A stretch of DNA of 63,865 bases, the filler included, from Octopus bimaculoides (lineage: Eukaryota), in the NCBI RefSeq assembly GCF_001194135.2. It is 7 parts of 6 records of this genome, joined end to end, with 100 filler letters (N's around TTAATTAATTAA, not from the genome) between each part and the next. Parts side by side here need not be neighbours in the genome. Positions count along the whole stretch, not along the records: positions 1 to 9,938 come from NC_068981.1; positions 10,039 to 12,604 come from NW_026315774.1; positions 12,705 to 20,685 come from NC_068981.1; 4 more parts are not named here. The stretch is one strand, 5' to 3'. Both the position numbers and the translations under genes were made by a program. The notes under the pieces were generated by a model. That model was given only the letters and a program-made list of their open reading frames with translations. It ran no database searches and had not been told where the DNA came from. Of the stretch, positions 1 through 13,186 are shown in pieces. Within the stretch, counting starts at the first letter, position 1. Each line of letters starts with the position of its first letter.

Positions 1-24
1 TATATATCCATTGAATCATTCTGA

Positions 25-208
25 TCAGCTTCGATTCTTTTGATACATGAATAATTGCTGCTTATGCGTAGTCTTACGTAAAGGCATTGGCTTCTTGCTT
101 GGAACGTCATTTGGCATCTTGTCAAAAGTGGAGGTAAAGAAAGAAGCGAGATTATTCCATGATTGGTGGAGGGAAACGTAAAAGTTACCTTGACTGGCCT
201 GAGATTCT
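25..208 (-). CDS. Candidate terminal or internal exon
   Basis: Acceptor ccttatatctcag|A (alternative at 198); ESQASQGNFYVSLHQSWNNLASFFTSTFDKMPNDVPSKKPMPLRKTTHKQQLFMYQKNRS* with an internal donor TTAC|gtaaga. A second frame is also open, so the assignment is uncertain. Confidence 0.3.
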
Positions 209-627
209 CTGAGATATAAGGATAGACATATGAATAAAGATACGGTGTGAGCGTGTAAAGGGAGGAGGGGAGACAGAATTTAGAGAGAGAGAAAAACAAC
301 AATAACGAAAGAAACTAATTGCTAAGCATCCTTGTCAAACATCTGCATTTGCTTTTTGTGGTTGTCTTTACAGTTGCTGTTGTTGTTGTTGTTGTTATAG
401 TTTCTGCTGCTGTTGTTGTGGTTGTGGTTGTTATTGTAGTTATTTTTTTATTTTTCATTTTTTTTTTTTTTGCATTGAATGCAACGCCGGTTTTCGACGC
501 AGACAAGCATAACAGCAATATTTGAACCGGCATTGACAACTGAGAAAAAGGGATATTTTTGTTTACTTCATATTATTTTACATTATATATTTTTTTTCTA
601 TATTGTTTTGTATATATACATACGTGG

Positions 628-656
628 GTGTGCGTGTGTGTGTGTGTGTGTGTGTG

Positions 657-719
<63 letters not shown>
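628..719. repeat. (TG)n microsatellite, one of many across the window
   Basis: Directly visible. Confidence 0.97.
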
Positions 720-721
<2 letters not shown>

Positions 722-758
722 TTTCTTACAGCATCAAATGTAATTCCTCAGGACTTAC

Positions 759-768
759 TCTCTCCAAG
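759..768 (-). CDS. Candidate 10-nt microexon
   Basis: ttccatattcag|CTTGGAGAGA|gtaagt; converts phase 1 to phase 2, matching the acceptor at 208. Confidence 0.2.
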
Positions 769-1246
769 CTGAATATGGAATTCAGAAATTGTATGTTGTT
801 GTTGATGATGATGACGATGACGATGATAGTTAGGAAGAGGGAAAGAATCCGTTGTTCTTGAAGTGATTACTAGTTGTTGCTGCTGCCGCCGCCGCTGCTG
901 CTGCTGCTGTTGCTCTTGTTAACAGACCTATGATTGATCAAATGCAATCCAGCCATGACTGTGTATCTTATTTTTTAGGCATAATATATCAAAGACTACA
1001 TTCATGAATGAGCTCCTTCATTTTATTAAGACGACTAGAGAAGATCATAAAAGGAATTGGCTGCTGTTTCTAACAAGCCGAACATCCACTTTGAGGCCTC
1101 CTTGTTGCTTTTGAAAGTGTAGTTAGCTTACATTGTTTCTATAGTTTTGGTATTAACGGTAGAAATGGTGGTATAATGAGGTAACAGTTGTCATTTGATC
1201 AGAAAGCTTTTGTTGTTGCTTATGATGATGCTCTATAATAAATTAT

Positions 1247-1628
1247 TTGGCACTCCGTCGGTTACGACGACGAGGGTTCCAGTTGATTCGATAAACAGAA
1301 CAGCCTGCTCGTGAATTTAACATATAAGTGACTGAGCACTCCACAGACACGTGTACCGTTAACGTAGTTCTCGGGGATATTCAGCGTGACACAGTGTGAC
1401 AAGGCTGACCCTTTAAGTTACAGGCACAACAGAAACAGGAAGTAAGAGTGAGAGAAAGTTGTGGTGAAAGAATACAGCAGAGTTCGCCACCACCCCCTGC
1501 CGGAGCCTCGAGGAACTTTAGGTGTTTTCGCTCAATAACCACTCACAACGCTCGGTCTGGGAATCGAAACCGCGATCCTACGACCGCGAGTCCGCTGCTC
1601 TAACCACTGGGCCATTGCGCCTCCACAT
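1247..1628 (-). mobile_element. Near full-length tRNA-derived SINE (family C here)
   Basis: Head GGCGCAATGGCCCAGTGGTTAGAGC...GGTTTCGATTCCC with A/B-box-like motifs and a body of about 380 bp; a partial copy lies at about 9800-9930. Confidence 0.8.
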
Positions 1629-1959
1629 AATAAATTATATTAAATTAATGTACAGGTCATCTTAAGGCGGCGAACTGGCAGAATTGATAGCTGGCNNNNN
1701 NNNNNCCACTGGGCCATTGCGCCTCCACATAATAAATTATATTAAATTAATGTACAGGTCATCTTAAGGCGGCGAACTGGCAGAATTGATAGCTGGCAGA
1801 ATTGATGCTGGAACACCCCCAGCACTTATTCTTTGTAAGCCTGGTACTTATTCTATCGGATCCTTTTGCCGAACCACTAGATTACGAGACGTAAACACAC
1901 CAACATCGGTTTTCAAGCGATATGGGGTGTAAACAGACACACGCAATAATACCATAAGG

Positions 1960-2120
1960 GGCAGAGGCCCGGTTTCTCTAGTGTAGTTTCTCTGGACGGG
2001 ACACCACTCCGTGGCAGTGTTGCTCATTTTAACCAGATAGGTGGACTGGAGCTACATGAACAGAATTGTTTTGCTCAAGAACAGAACGCATCTCCCTATC
2101 CAGGAATCGAAATCACAAGT
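1960..2120 (-). mobile_element. SINE fragment with a MIR/CORE-like segment
   Basis: ggactggagc...ttgctcaagaac, shared with 27866-28110. Confidence 0.5.
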
Positions 2121-2386
2121 ACTTACTATCACCAAAACATGTAGAATGTCCAGTAAGCCGTGTCAAAATGACAACATCCAAACAACCACACCCAATATAG
2201 TCTCATTCCGATAAGTGGAACATTTATATCGATTCCTAAGAAATAAAGTCAACAAAATAATAATGCACCAGAAGTGATTGAAATTCATAGAGCTTTTACT
2301 TCTTAAAGCTTTTAATTCGTTTCGTTGGCGTTTCTTTCAAAATGACAAGCTAATCATTAAAAGTATTACTTTGAAATATGAACAAG

Positions 2387-3135
2387 GCACAGGCGTTGCT
2401 GTGTAGTTAGAAGTTTGCCTCCAAATCACATGGTTCGGGATTCGGTCCCACTGCGTGACACCTTGGTCGAGTGCTTGGGTGTTTTCTGCGATAACATCTG
2501 ACTGGCCAAAGCCTTCTGATTATGTTTGGTAGACGGAAACTGAAAGAAGCCCGTCGTGGATGTATATATACAATTATAAAAAAGGGCAAAAGAATAAAAT
2601 TCTATGCCAATATGCTGAAAAAATAGACTTTATATCGTCTAACCATATACAATATTTCACTATAAATACATGTTAGCTTGCTTCCCTCGTTTCAGCATGC
2701 TGTGTATTTATAGTGAAATATCGTATGTGGTTTTACACGATGTAAAGTCTATTTTATCAGCATGTTGGCATAGAATTTTTTTCTTTTGCCCTTATTTATA
2801 ATTGTTTATAATTTTCACCTTAAAAAGTATTTTAATATGCTGGCAACTGAAAAGGTGNNNNNNNNNNNNNNNNNNNNNNNNNNNNNNNNNNNNNNNNNNN
2901 NNNNNNNNNNNNNNNNNNNNNNNNNNNNNNNNNNNNNNNNNNNNNNNNNNNNNNCATGATAACCGTTGTTGGTTTGTTTATGTCCGCGAGCTTAGCGGTT
3001 CGGCAAAAGTCACCGATAGAATAAGCATTAAACTTTAGAAAAACTAAGTCCAGGGCTCGATTTCTTCGACTAAATCTCTTTAAGGCGGTATCCCAGCATA
3101 GTTGCAGTCAAATGAACGAAACAAGCAGAAGAAGT
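2387..3135 (+). mobile_element. Family B SINE (tRNA head + CORE-like segment + central microsatellite + LINE-like tail), split by the foldback element and a gap
   Basis: Head ...acatggttcggg...ccactgcgtgacaccttgg...ggaaactgaaagaagcccgtcg at 2387-2557; tail ttagcggttcggcaaaag...cagcatag..cagtcaaatga at 2955-3135. Confidence 0.75.
2570..2805. mobile_element. Foldback/MITE-like palindromic element
   Basis: Arms of about 100 bp (ACAATTATAAAAAGGGCAAAAG...TTTCACTATAAATACA and its reverse complement) around a spacer of about 30 bp; sits in the central microsatellite of a SINE. Confidence 0.85.
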
Positions 3136-3189
3136 ATGAAACAAAAAAATGGCAACCCCTAATTCGAACTTAGATGTATAATTTTGACA

Positions 3190-3745
3190 CAACACCACCA
3201 ATTTTTGAGGACGTTTTAAGTCGATTGCATCGACTCCAGTACTCCACTTATTCTTATTTTATCAATCCCGATAAGATGAAAGGTAAAGTCGACCCCGCAG
3301 GAGTTTCAATTCAGAATGTAAAATGAAGGGACATAAATTTAAACTACAGTTAATATTCATTTCAAATTTTGGCACAAGACCAGCAATTTCGGTGAATGGA
3401 GTAAGTCGATTACATCGACCCCAGTACTCAACTGATACTTATTTTATCGACCCCGAAAGGATGAAAAGCAAAGTCAATATCAGTGGAATTTGGACTCGGA
3501 ACGTAAAGACGAACGAAATGCGAAGCATTTTTCCCGGCACAGTAATGATTCTGCTAGCTCACCACCCTTATAAATGAGACATGAATTAGAACTACAAATA
3601 ATACTAATTATCTCTAATTTAGGAGCAAGGCAAGCAAGTTTCAGGGGAGAAGTTAGTCGATAACATTTTATTTATACTTTATTTTATTGACCCCCAGGAA
3701 AATGAAAGGCAAATTTGGCCTCAGCGGGATTTTGATTCCAAACGA
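3190..3745 (-). mobile_element. Three co-oriented family A SINE copies (about 200-bp tRNA-derived SINE)
   Basis: The core gtcgatt.catcgac.ccagtac...tttatcgaccccgaaaggatgaaag.caaagtc recurs at about 3.22, 3.41 and 3.65 kb. Confidence 0.8.
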
Positions 3746-5769
3746 AAAGCTCTCTACCAAACTGCAGTCATAGTTATAACAATAATCCCGAGAACGTAGA
3801 TCAGTGTTGCTCAACCGGCTCTTTCGCTCCAACGCCTTGATTTGATCTTGTAAAATCTTTAACACCACCCTACCCAAGTTAAGCAGTTTTCTCCCTTAAT
3901 CTGTATTATTGCTATCTAACCTTTGAAATTCTCCGCCCTACCCACTAAATTTTCTGTAACAATCTCTTTTAAGAAAATTTGTCCTAGATGTAGCTAACGC
4001 TATGTATATTAATATTAGTTTAAAATTTTAGCATAAGACCTGTACTTTTGTTCAACTGGTACTTCGAATATCAACCCTCGAAATATTAACAGGACACTCA
4101 ATGACGCCTGGTAAATGACTAGACTATAATATTATCATGTTGAAATCGAAGTTGCTATTGTGGTTGTGGTGGTTAGTTTTGTTTAGCCCAAGTTCAGCCT
4201 AAATCTAGATGATGCATGATCAATGATGTCGGAGCCGTGACCGACCTGTCTTTTAGAGATATTCGGAACAACATTACTCAACGTGTCCTTTCTTTATTTA
4301 AGACGATAGACAGAAATTTGATGGAGATGTGACTGCTGTTTCTAACCAGTGGAGTAAAGGTAGTTGCTGGCAGATGTAAAGAACTGCTACAGTGTATGAT
4401 CAAGAGACAGAAAGCATCGCTAAAATGGAAAATCACTTCTAACGGTTATGTTTTAAATTTCCCGCTTTTAAATATAGACAAACATTGATGTTATTACTAA
4501 AACATGCTAAAGTCTCTCCTATGAGTCATATATAATGTTCTAAAGAAGCCTGCCTTTAGATATGAGCATAAAAATAATGCACGCCATAGATAATGTTCAG
4601 AGAAGTTTGGCAGCGTAACTTATCAACTGATTTAGCGAAATTGAATTCTATTTTTTCTATACTCGCATTCTTTTAGCTATTGAAAGTGGCGGATTAAAGA
4701 AACAATGCATTATAACATTTGTAAGGCACCTCTAACATACAATAGAAAACTGGTTAGGTAAACAAGTAAAGGAAGAAAGATAACCCACACGAGTCTAGCA
4801 AATCCTTCCTTACATAAAAAAAAACATGAATGAATGACTGAATGAATGAATAAATAATAAACACCAAAAATAAAAATAAAATAAGTAAATAAATATATGA
4901 ATATCATATGATAAGAAGTTACGAAATAAACTGAGAATGGTGAAATATATCTTAAATTCCTTAAAACGGTGAATATCCACGTTACATAATAGCCTTAAGA
5001 AGGTGATGGAAAAGATCTAATAAGACTACACATTCGATAAGTTTTCATTTTTTTTTATAATGAATTAAAAATAGAAATAGAGACGATAACCACAAAAGAA
5101 TTATAACCACGATGGTAGCCTATTGTCTCTCTTATTTCTTTTTCAAACACGTTATTACAGCAAAAATTCGATTTTCGTCATTGGTACAAAATCAGACGCT
5201 TATAGGGAATGCTATAGCCTATAGAACTCAGTACAATCCGGTATTTATTTTATCGAATCTAGAAAGAAGAAAGGATAAAGGTTTTTGTGAGAACTTAATA
5301 CAAATTACTAGACAGGTACATAAGTAGATACAACAAAGCAGGCACACCACTAACTCTGTAAGTAGATACCTATATGATACCTGAAATAATACGCGGATGA
5401 CAGTACACAAACAAGTACGCAAAATACTACGTTGGATGTGAAAGGAGCACGGAAAATTGTCTCTTATTGGAAAATCCATGAAACAATCAAAAATGATTTG
5501 TATTCCTTCTCAGTAAGGTCGTGCAGTATCCTCTTAACTAATCAAGAAAAATGAACTGGATGTATTTCGATATCATTTGATTGGGTGAGATTGTGTTGGT
5601 TCCAAGAAGGAGTCAAGAAGCTACCGACTGTTTTTATTGATACGTCGCTATAATATGGGAATGTAGAAAGCCAGAATAGTAGGGGAAAATATTAGGTATA
5701 TATTATGGTCTTACATAGATAATTAATAAAACGTTTATAAACAAAATATTACTATATAATGTGAAGACA

Positions 5770-5850
5770 GTAGCCCAAGGTGCTATGCAGTGGGACTGAA
5801 CCCAGAACCATGTAGTTGGGAAGCAAACTTCTTACCACACAGTCACACCT
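5770..5850 (-). mobile_element. Family B SINE head
   Basis: cccaaggtgctatgcagtgggactgaacccagaaccatgt matches the other copies. Confidence 0.75.
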
Positions 5851-6360
5851 ACAGTTTTGGGTTCCTTCATGAAAAGGGGTTCCTTGCAGTAGACACATCC
5901 TGTTGTGTATACTATCGTGTATATTTGCTTAGAATACTTAAATTCTAAGGTACGTAAGGAATGGTGCCTTAAAATATTTCCAAAGCTGCCACTATTATTA
6001 TTTCCAGCATCCATTTTTTATATAGTTTCCATTTTCCCAACCTTTTCCTATAATTCATTTTGCCACTGTCTCTTTCTCTCTTTCAGCAAAACGTGGAGGT
6101 CAATTGCAATCCTAAATCCTAGAAGATCTTCAAAAAGACACCTATTTACACATTGTGGCATCATATATATATATATATATATGTGTGTGTGGGTGTGCGT
6201 GTATGCGAGAGCGTGCGCATGTGTGCGAGCGTATGTGTGTGCGTGTGTATGTTGCGTTGTGAAAATTGTTATTCAAGGACAACACGTTAAATATCGAATT
6301 GTTTCCCTCCGAATGTTAAACATACTCTAAGTTGCCACTCTTTTAGTAACCATTACTAAC

Positions 6361-6515
6361 CAGTGTTATTTACATATATAAAGCTAACATCTGTTAAGTA
6401 ACAAGTAATAAACTTGCCCTTCGTTTTTATGCAAACTATCTCACGACAGATTTCTTGGTTTTTATGAAGCAGTACCCTTTGGTTAATGTTGGTTATGAAT
6501 TCCGGAGGGAAACTT
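6361..6515 (-). CDS. Candidate exon (FPPEF...NNTG), possibly an Ig/cadherin-like module following VWD
   Basis: Acceptor ctgacag|A (NAGNAG) and donor ACTG|gttagt; 155 nt, phase 2-1; open frame SFPPEFITNINQRVLLHKNQEICREIVCIKTKGKFITCYLTDVSFIYVNNT(G). Confidence 0.35.
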
Positions 6516-7576
6516 CTGTCAGATATTCAATTCAACTCTCAATATAATAGATATGTTTTCTATTTACTCTTCTCTACTTTTTCTAGTTATTTTTACACTT
6601 TCTCTCACCGTTCAATATTACAACTTGTAAAATGTCTTTGCTGTTGTTGGTTTTTTTATGTACACGTATCTCTTTCTTCTTCGTTCTTGTGATGCATTTC
6701 AACAAAATAAGAATTGGTTTTAAAGAAGTAAAAAGTCTTTGATGCAATTCGGACACAATAAAACGGAAGAGTTTTACTGAACTAAGATAAAAGAGATTTT
6801 TTTTACACAGTTTCAACATTCCTAATAATGTATGTACGTGTTTCTATATTTGTGTATATATATGTGTGTGTGTGTGTATCCCTCTTCGAATAGATTCTAC
6901 GTATGAAGATATGAAAGAAAGTATGTATACGCATGCATATCTAAGTTGACATCCAATTATGTATACAAATATATACATGTATCTGTGTTTGTGTCTGTGT
7001 ATGTTTTTATGTATGCATGTATACCTATGCATGTATGCGTGTGTATGCTTTGGCATTATACTGGTGTTCTTTGCAATAAAGACCCATTCTCTACAGAATA
7101 TGACAAAGGACTTTTGTTGCAGTTAAGACAATGTCATACATTTTGCATGCATGCTGCGTGTTTATGCATCTGTGTGTATACTGATGTACATATTGGGGTA
7201 GGGAAGGATACGGAGAATAATAGGGTGAAAGTAGATGAAGGTATTCGTGCAGATGAAGGAAGCATGTATGTTTGAAAATGAATGTAGAATGTATGATATT
7301 TGTCATGAAGACTTTAAGACATATATGACTAGAGGAGAAATGTAAAGATTTTACGCTAAAAGTTGGACTACCGAATTGGTGCTTCTATTTTGTATGCAGG
7401 GTTTTTATATATATCATTCTATCAGAAAGTTTCTTGTAACAATCGTTGTAAAAATATTGAGTGGAAAAAGCTGATTAATTAGTTATATGTGCACGTAACT
7501 ATACGCATATGTGTAGTACGTGTATGTATATGTATTTATGTATGAGGGTACGTATGTGCGTTTGTGTGTGTGTGTA

Positions 7577-7659
<83 letters not shown>

Positions 7660-7663
<4 letters not shown>

Positions 7664-7875
7664 GCGTGTGGCCTAGTGTTTAAGCGCGTTGTGCTCACGA
7701 TCCTGTGATCGTGGCTTCCATTCCCAGACCGGTCTTGAGCAAAACACTTCTTTTCTAGTTCACCCAGTTGTACATGAGTGATCCTACGACGGAACAGACT
7801 TCCGATCAGGGGCATATTGGCCTGTTCACCTAGCCAGCGGGGTCTCAGCTTTCGAAAGCTAAAAACAATGCTAAG
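7660..7875 (+). mobile_element. tRNA-derived SINE (further family), decayed
   Basis: GGCGTGTGGCCTAGTGTTTAAG head, followed by cttgagcaaaacactt. Confidence 0.55.
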
Positions 7876-9799
7876 CGCATTGTTATTAGTGATGTATAAC
7901 TACATATGTCGATCACATGATGCATACACACATACATATGTATGTGTCTGTGTATATTTATATATGTAAGTATTTACGTATGCATTATTGTTCTCTAAAC
8001 CTTTTTTCAATCGGCTCACATCTTATAAATTGTAACATCTCAGACAAAAGACTAAAATAACACGAAAATAGAGTTCATTAATTAATTTGAGAAACAGAAC
8101 ATAGCAGATCCTCTCTGCTGTTATGAGTAAAATGGCTTATTCACAACAATAAAACTTCAGTGTATAAATCTTGTTGTTCTTAGTAATTCAAAAATGCGAG
8201 CACAGGCATTTTTTATTGGAAACTGTAATAAACAAGTGTCTCCTATTATACACTCGTTTCCACCCAAACTTTGTGACAGAAATTGCATTGATGGATTTAA
8301 TGTGAAAGCCCTAGGGATTGGTTAAACCTGATTTGAATTCGCAGACTTAATCGTTCGCCCGGTGATTTTTAGGGACTCTTCTCTTTTACAAGTACCGGAA
8401 CTCTTTCCGGAGGAGTGGGTTCAACCAGTCTCTTACGAATGGCAAGAAATTCAGATGGGTGACGTTTGAGAGTTGAAAACAAAAATAATGTGAAATATTA
8501 GTTATTTTCTTTAGACTTTTTTTTTTTAGTAATTTTTAGCAGTTATTTTTTTTTCATGAATTACATTCGACGTATGAAAAATACTTAAACCATAAGTATA
8601 CAAAGAAAGAGCCTCTACGTTGTTGCTCTCCCTGCTGGAAATAGCAGTAAATACTTCTCAAAATCACACTTTAGCGTCGAGTAAATGAGTCTGAGTAAAA
8701 GTATATTCAAAAAGATGTGATGGTCGTTCGCGGCCAAAATAGCCAACCCGGCTGCAAACATTCTTTCATAACGAATGTATGAAGGATTATCACTAATATA
8801 ACCAACAGTAATAAATGGAAGTCACATCAATTATCACTGGAAAAGTAATACAATGCGATAACCCTGCGTTACTTTTAAACAAACAAGTACAGCGCTCATA
8901 ATCACGACCGACAATAGTAGTTGTTTTTGTCAATAATGAATTGAGTTGGATACCTTGATTTCTTTTGATATAAGAGTGAATATAATAAGCTTCATTGAAT
9001 CGACACCGCCCATGTCAGTCATGATCAAAATTAAGTTTTCAATAACAAAACAATAACACTCTATTTTATAGTTTATCTTACGGGCTGTAAGATAATTTAT
9101 GTGAAGTGCTTTAAATTTCTGATTACATAACATGTCTTCTGGTTATATAACGAACTTAGAATGCTTCGTGTTTGTCCAAATCCATCTTATACCAATTGCT
9201 ATTACAAAACTGTCTATGCTAGCAAACGGAGTAGCAAGTACGCGCTCGACTGACCTTAGTGATATGGCAGTCAAGTTTCCCTCAACTATCATAATTCTAT
9301 CTTAAATATTACAAAGAGAGAGGAGTTGATTTAGTCATTGATATATGAAAAGGGGATGATAATGGCTCGAATGCCATTAGCCGTAGTGGTTGCTCATAGG
9401 TGAAAGCAAATTCAGTCAATTTATCTATCTAATATTACTAAATATAAGTGAACTGTACACAATGCATATTTCAAGATGTATCTATATTTTAATGGGGAAA
9501 GCTGCTTGTTAATTAAGTGTTACTAAAAGAAAGCAATTATTAAAGGCTTGACCGTCTGGAATTTTTTTAATAAAATTATGTTCCATTTTTTTAATAAATT
9601 CATGTTCCAAGAAATTTCCTGTAATTTCGATTTCTGAATTTTATTGAATATTTGAACTACAAGTTTTTAATTTAAATATTCGTTGTATTCACTGTATAAA
9701 TGTTTAATAAACAATATTCGTTGCAGTCAAAATTTGTTTTCATTTGCAAGTCTCTCACTCTCTCTCTCTCTCGATTTTCATTATAGTTGGCACACACAC

Positions 9800-9930
9800 C
9801 CCCACTGGGTCTTTGTGGAGCTTTAGGTGTTTTTGTCCAATAAAGACTCATAACGCCCGGTCTGGGAATCGAAAGGCGATCCTACAATCGCGAGTCCGAT
9901 TCCCTAATCACTGGGCCATTGCGCCTTCAC
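9800..9930 (-). mobile_element. Family C SINE head fragment
   Basis: Matches 1500-1628. Confidence 0.75.
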
Positions 9931-9938
9931 TATATATA

Positions 9939-10038
9939 NNNNNNNNNNNNNNNNNNNNNNNNNNNNNNNNNNNNNNNNNNNNTTAATTAATTAANNNNNN
10001 NNNNNNNNNNNNNNNNNNNNNNNNNNNNNNNNNNNNNN
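9939..10038. other. Assembly gap placeholder: 44 N + TTAATTAATTAA + 44 N (similar linkers at 12605, 20686, 23772, 55734, 60168)
   Basis: The identical 12-mer sits centred in 100-bp gaps six times. Confidence 0.95.
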
Positions 10039-10059
10039 CCCCACACACACACACACCCT

Positions 10060-10222
10060 CCGGAGTACAGCTGGTACTAATTTTGATGGACTCCGAAGAG
10101 ATTAAAGGCAAGGCCGAACGACCTCAGCGGAATTTGCACTCAGCTCAGGACGTAAAGTCGGACGAAATTGCCGCTAAGCATTTTGTCCGGCGTGTTAATG
10201 ATTCGGCCAGCTCGCCCTCTGC
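10060..10222 (-). mobile_element. Family A SINE
   Basis: Matches the consensus core and head (ccagctcgcc). Confidence 0.7.
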
Positions 10223-10269
<47 letters not shown>

Positions 10270-10552
10270 GAAGAGGGTACTTAGTCTCTCTACGAACAGG
10301 CATAGAGTATCTTAGATTATATTGGTTGTTTATGTATTGGAAACGTAGAGTGAAAGTTGAGGGTGATTTGGCTGTTATTTCTGCTTGATCTATAGACTGC
10401 GGTATCATTCCTATTATTAGTGAGTGCATGTAGTGTTTTTTTTTTTGTTTTTTATGCATGGATGTAATGTCATAGCAATATACGGTATATGTATACTTGT
10501 GTGTGTGTGTGTATATAAATACATGTATATCCGTGTTTACATATACACGCAG

Positions 10553-10680
10553 ACTCTAGGCACAAGGCCCGAAATTTCTGGGGAGGGACCCAGTCGATTA
10601 GATCGACCCCCAGTACGCAACTGGTACTTAATTTATCGACCTCGAAACGATGAAAGGCAAAGTAGACCTCGGCGGAAATA
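10553..10680 (-). mobile_element. Family A SINE, headless
   Basis: ctctaggcacaaggcccgaaatt...gtactggtacttaatttatcgacc. Confidence 0.75.
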
Positions 10681-10699
10681 CACAGACATATATTGAAGT

Positions 10700-10782
10700 G
10701 TGAATGTATATATATATATATACATACACCCATAAAATATATAGTATATATGCAGCTATATGTACGTGTGTTTATGCGTGTG

Positions 10783-10819
<37 letters not shown>

Positions 10820-11202
10820 ATACATACATACATCCATCTATACTTACATACAAACATATATACATACATACATACATACATACATACATACACACGCACA
10901 TATATACACACTCACATACATATATATATAGCACATACACACACATACCTACATGCATACACACACATACATGCATACACACATACATACACACACAGAC
11001 ACACACACACATATAAACACATACATACACACAGTATATACGCACACACATAAATACATGCACATACGCACGCACACAGGCACACAGACACACACATATA
11101 TATATATACACATATGCATACATATAACATATATATATATGCACACATGCACACACATAAAAGTACATGCACACATACACACACATACACACGCACGTAC
11201 AA

Positions 11203-11273
<71 letters not shown>

Positions 11274-11360
11274 TTCGTATGTATAGCATATATACACACA
11301 TACACATACATACATACATACATACATACATACATACATACATACACACATACATACAAC
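10700..11360. repeat. Compound (TG)/(TACA)/(CA)/(TA) microsatellite block
   Basis: Directly visible; source of several spurious ORFs. Confidence 0.95.
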
Positions 11361-12834
11361 GTATATATTGATAGGAAGATCTTTATAATACACGGGACGC
11401 ATCCACTGTCGCCATCCACACCAAACCAATTTTTTAAATATATTTCTCCAAAATGTATTTTTCCGATATTGCGATATCAGCTGTCAACGCCACATTGCAA
11501 ATATTCTAGCCTTTTTTCGGTCGATTCCAGCACCATCAGAATTTCCTGCACCACTCCTGATACGTGTTAATATTTATCAATCTATCTATCTATCTATCTA
11601 TCTATCTGTGTGTATGTCTGTCTGTCTGTGTGTATGTCTGTCTGTCTCTCTGTCTCTATCTATCTATCTATTTATCTATCTATCTATATATGTATGTATG
11701 TAAGCATGTTTGTATGTATGTATACATTTACAAATGCATGTGTTTATGTGTACAAACACACACACACACACACACGTACAGACACGCACATTTGTCTATA
11801 TATATATGTGTGTATATATAAATTTATTTCTCCACGCAATTAAAATTAATCTGCGAAAAACAAAAAAAAAACGATTATACGAAAGAATTATTTTAAAATG
11901 TTTAAACAGCTTTAATCCCGATCATTCCCAACCACCACCACCACCACCACCACCATCACCTCCATCACCACCACCTTCATTACCATCACCAATTTCCACC
12001 ATCATTCCATGCACCAACTGTGCTGCCATTCTGATGAGAGCGAAGAATGCATTTTTGGCATCTAATTCTTCGGTTCTTTACTCAATTACATTGCTTCTCC
12101 TAAACCGGTAACTCATTACTGATAGAACGAAATTTATTTCAATAAACGTGAGAGACGCTGCGTGTTTTTTTTTTTGAAAACAGAAACGGATAATTATCTG
12201 GAAAAAAAAATTATTATTACATTTTTTTTTTTTTCAAATTAATAAATGATTTTTCATATATTTTGATTAACGGCGATAAAAATACAGTGAATGGTTGTTT
12301 TGAAATTGTGTCTGGGAGGTCTTGCTGCATAAGTCTGTAGTATATATGCACACACACACACACACACACACATACACATGTATATATGTATAAATGTATG
12401 TATATAAACGAGTATGCGTGTGTGTGTCTGTGTCTGTGTGTGTGTCTGTGTGTGTGTCTATGTAAGGTTATAATTTATTTAGAATTTAACATACATTTTT
12501 TACAAGGACTTTATAGTGACCTTGTACATTATACGTTCTTATGTATGTACGTACACACACACACCACACACACACACAGACACACAGACATATATATATA
12601 TATANNNNNNNNNNNNNNNNNNNNNNNNNNNNNNNNNNNNNNNNNNNNTTAATTAATTAANNNNNNNNNNNNNNNNNNNNNNNNNNNNNNNNNNNNNNNN
12701 NNNNAATGTTTCTATACTCAAAATTTTATAACATTTTTCTAACATAACGATTTGAATATATACTTAACCATGTAACACAAGCCTTCTGTAGTTTTTTCAC
12801 TCTTGTTTATCTTTTATATATATATATATATATA

Positions 12835-13145
12835 GGCGAAGGAGTGGCTGTGTGATAAGAAGCTTGCTTCCCAACCACATAGTTCCAGGTTCACTCCCAT
12901 TGTGTGGCACCTTGATCAGGTGTCTTCTACTACAGCCTCAGGATGACCAAAGTCTTGTAAATGGATTTGGAAGACAGAAACTGAAAGAAGCCCTTGGGTG
13001 TGTGATAAGAAGCTTACTTCCCAATCATATGGTTCCGAGTTCAGTTCCACTGTGTGACACCTTGAGCAAGTGTCTTCTACTATAGCCTCAGGCCGACCAT
13101 AGCCTTGTGATAGGTTTGGTAGACGGAAACTGAAAGAAGCCTGTC

Positions 13146-13146
<1 letters not shown>
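12835..13146 (+). mobile_element. Two tandem family B SINE heads
   Basis: tgtgtgataagaagcttgcttccc...gaaactgaaagaagcc occurs twice with a period of about 157 bp. Confidence 0.8.

Positions 13147-13186
<40 letters not shown>

Noticed and set aside
1560-1628. tRNA-like sequences (SINE heads) as tRNA genes
   Set aside because: They continue into repeat bodies and lack a complete acceptor stem.
1604-1797. Exact 92-bp tandem duplication
   Set aside because: The copies flank a 10-N gap and are identical, typical of overlapping contig ends.
6301-6513. 11-bp inverted repeat GTTTCCCTCCG suggesting a MITE
   Set aside because: Short enough to arise by chance in 64 kb, and no TSD.
9983-9994. Recurrent TTAATTAATTAA 12-mer (six times), superficially like a conserved element or repeat array
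   Set aside because: Always centred in a 44N+12+44N block; a scaffolding linker, not biology.
10470-11570. Long ORFs of 150-320 aa rich in C/V/Y or H/T/I (also at 21.6-22.9, 29.8-30.9, 38.8-39.3, 53.7-54.9 kb)
   Set aside because: Translations of dinucleotide and tetranucleotide microsatellites.
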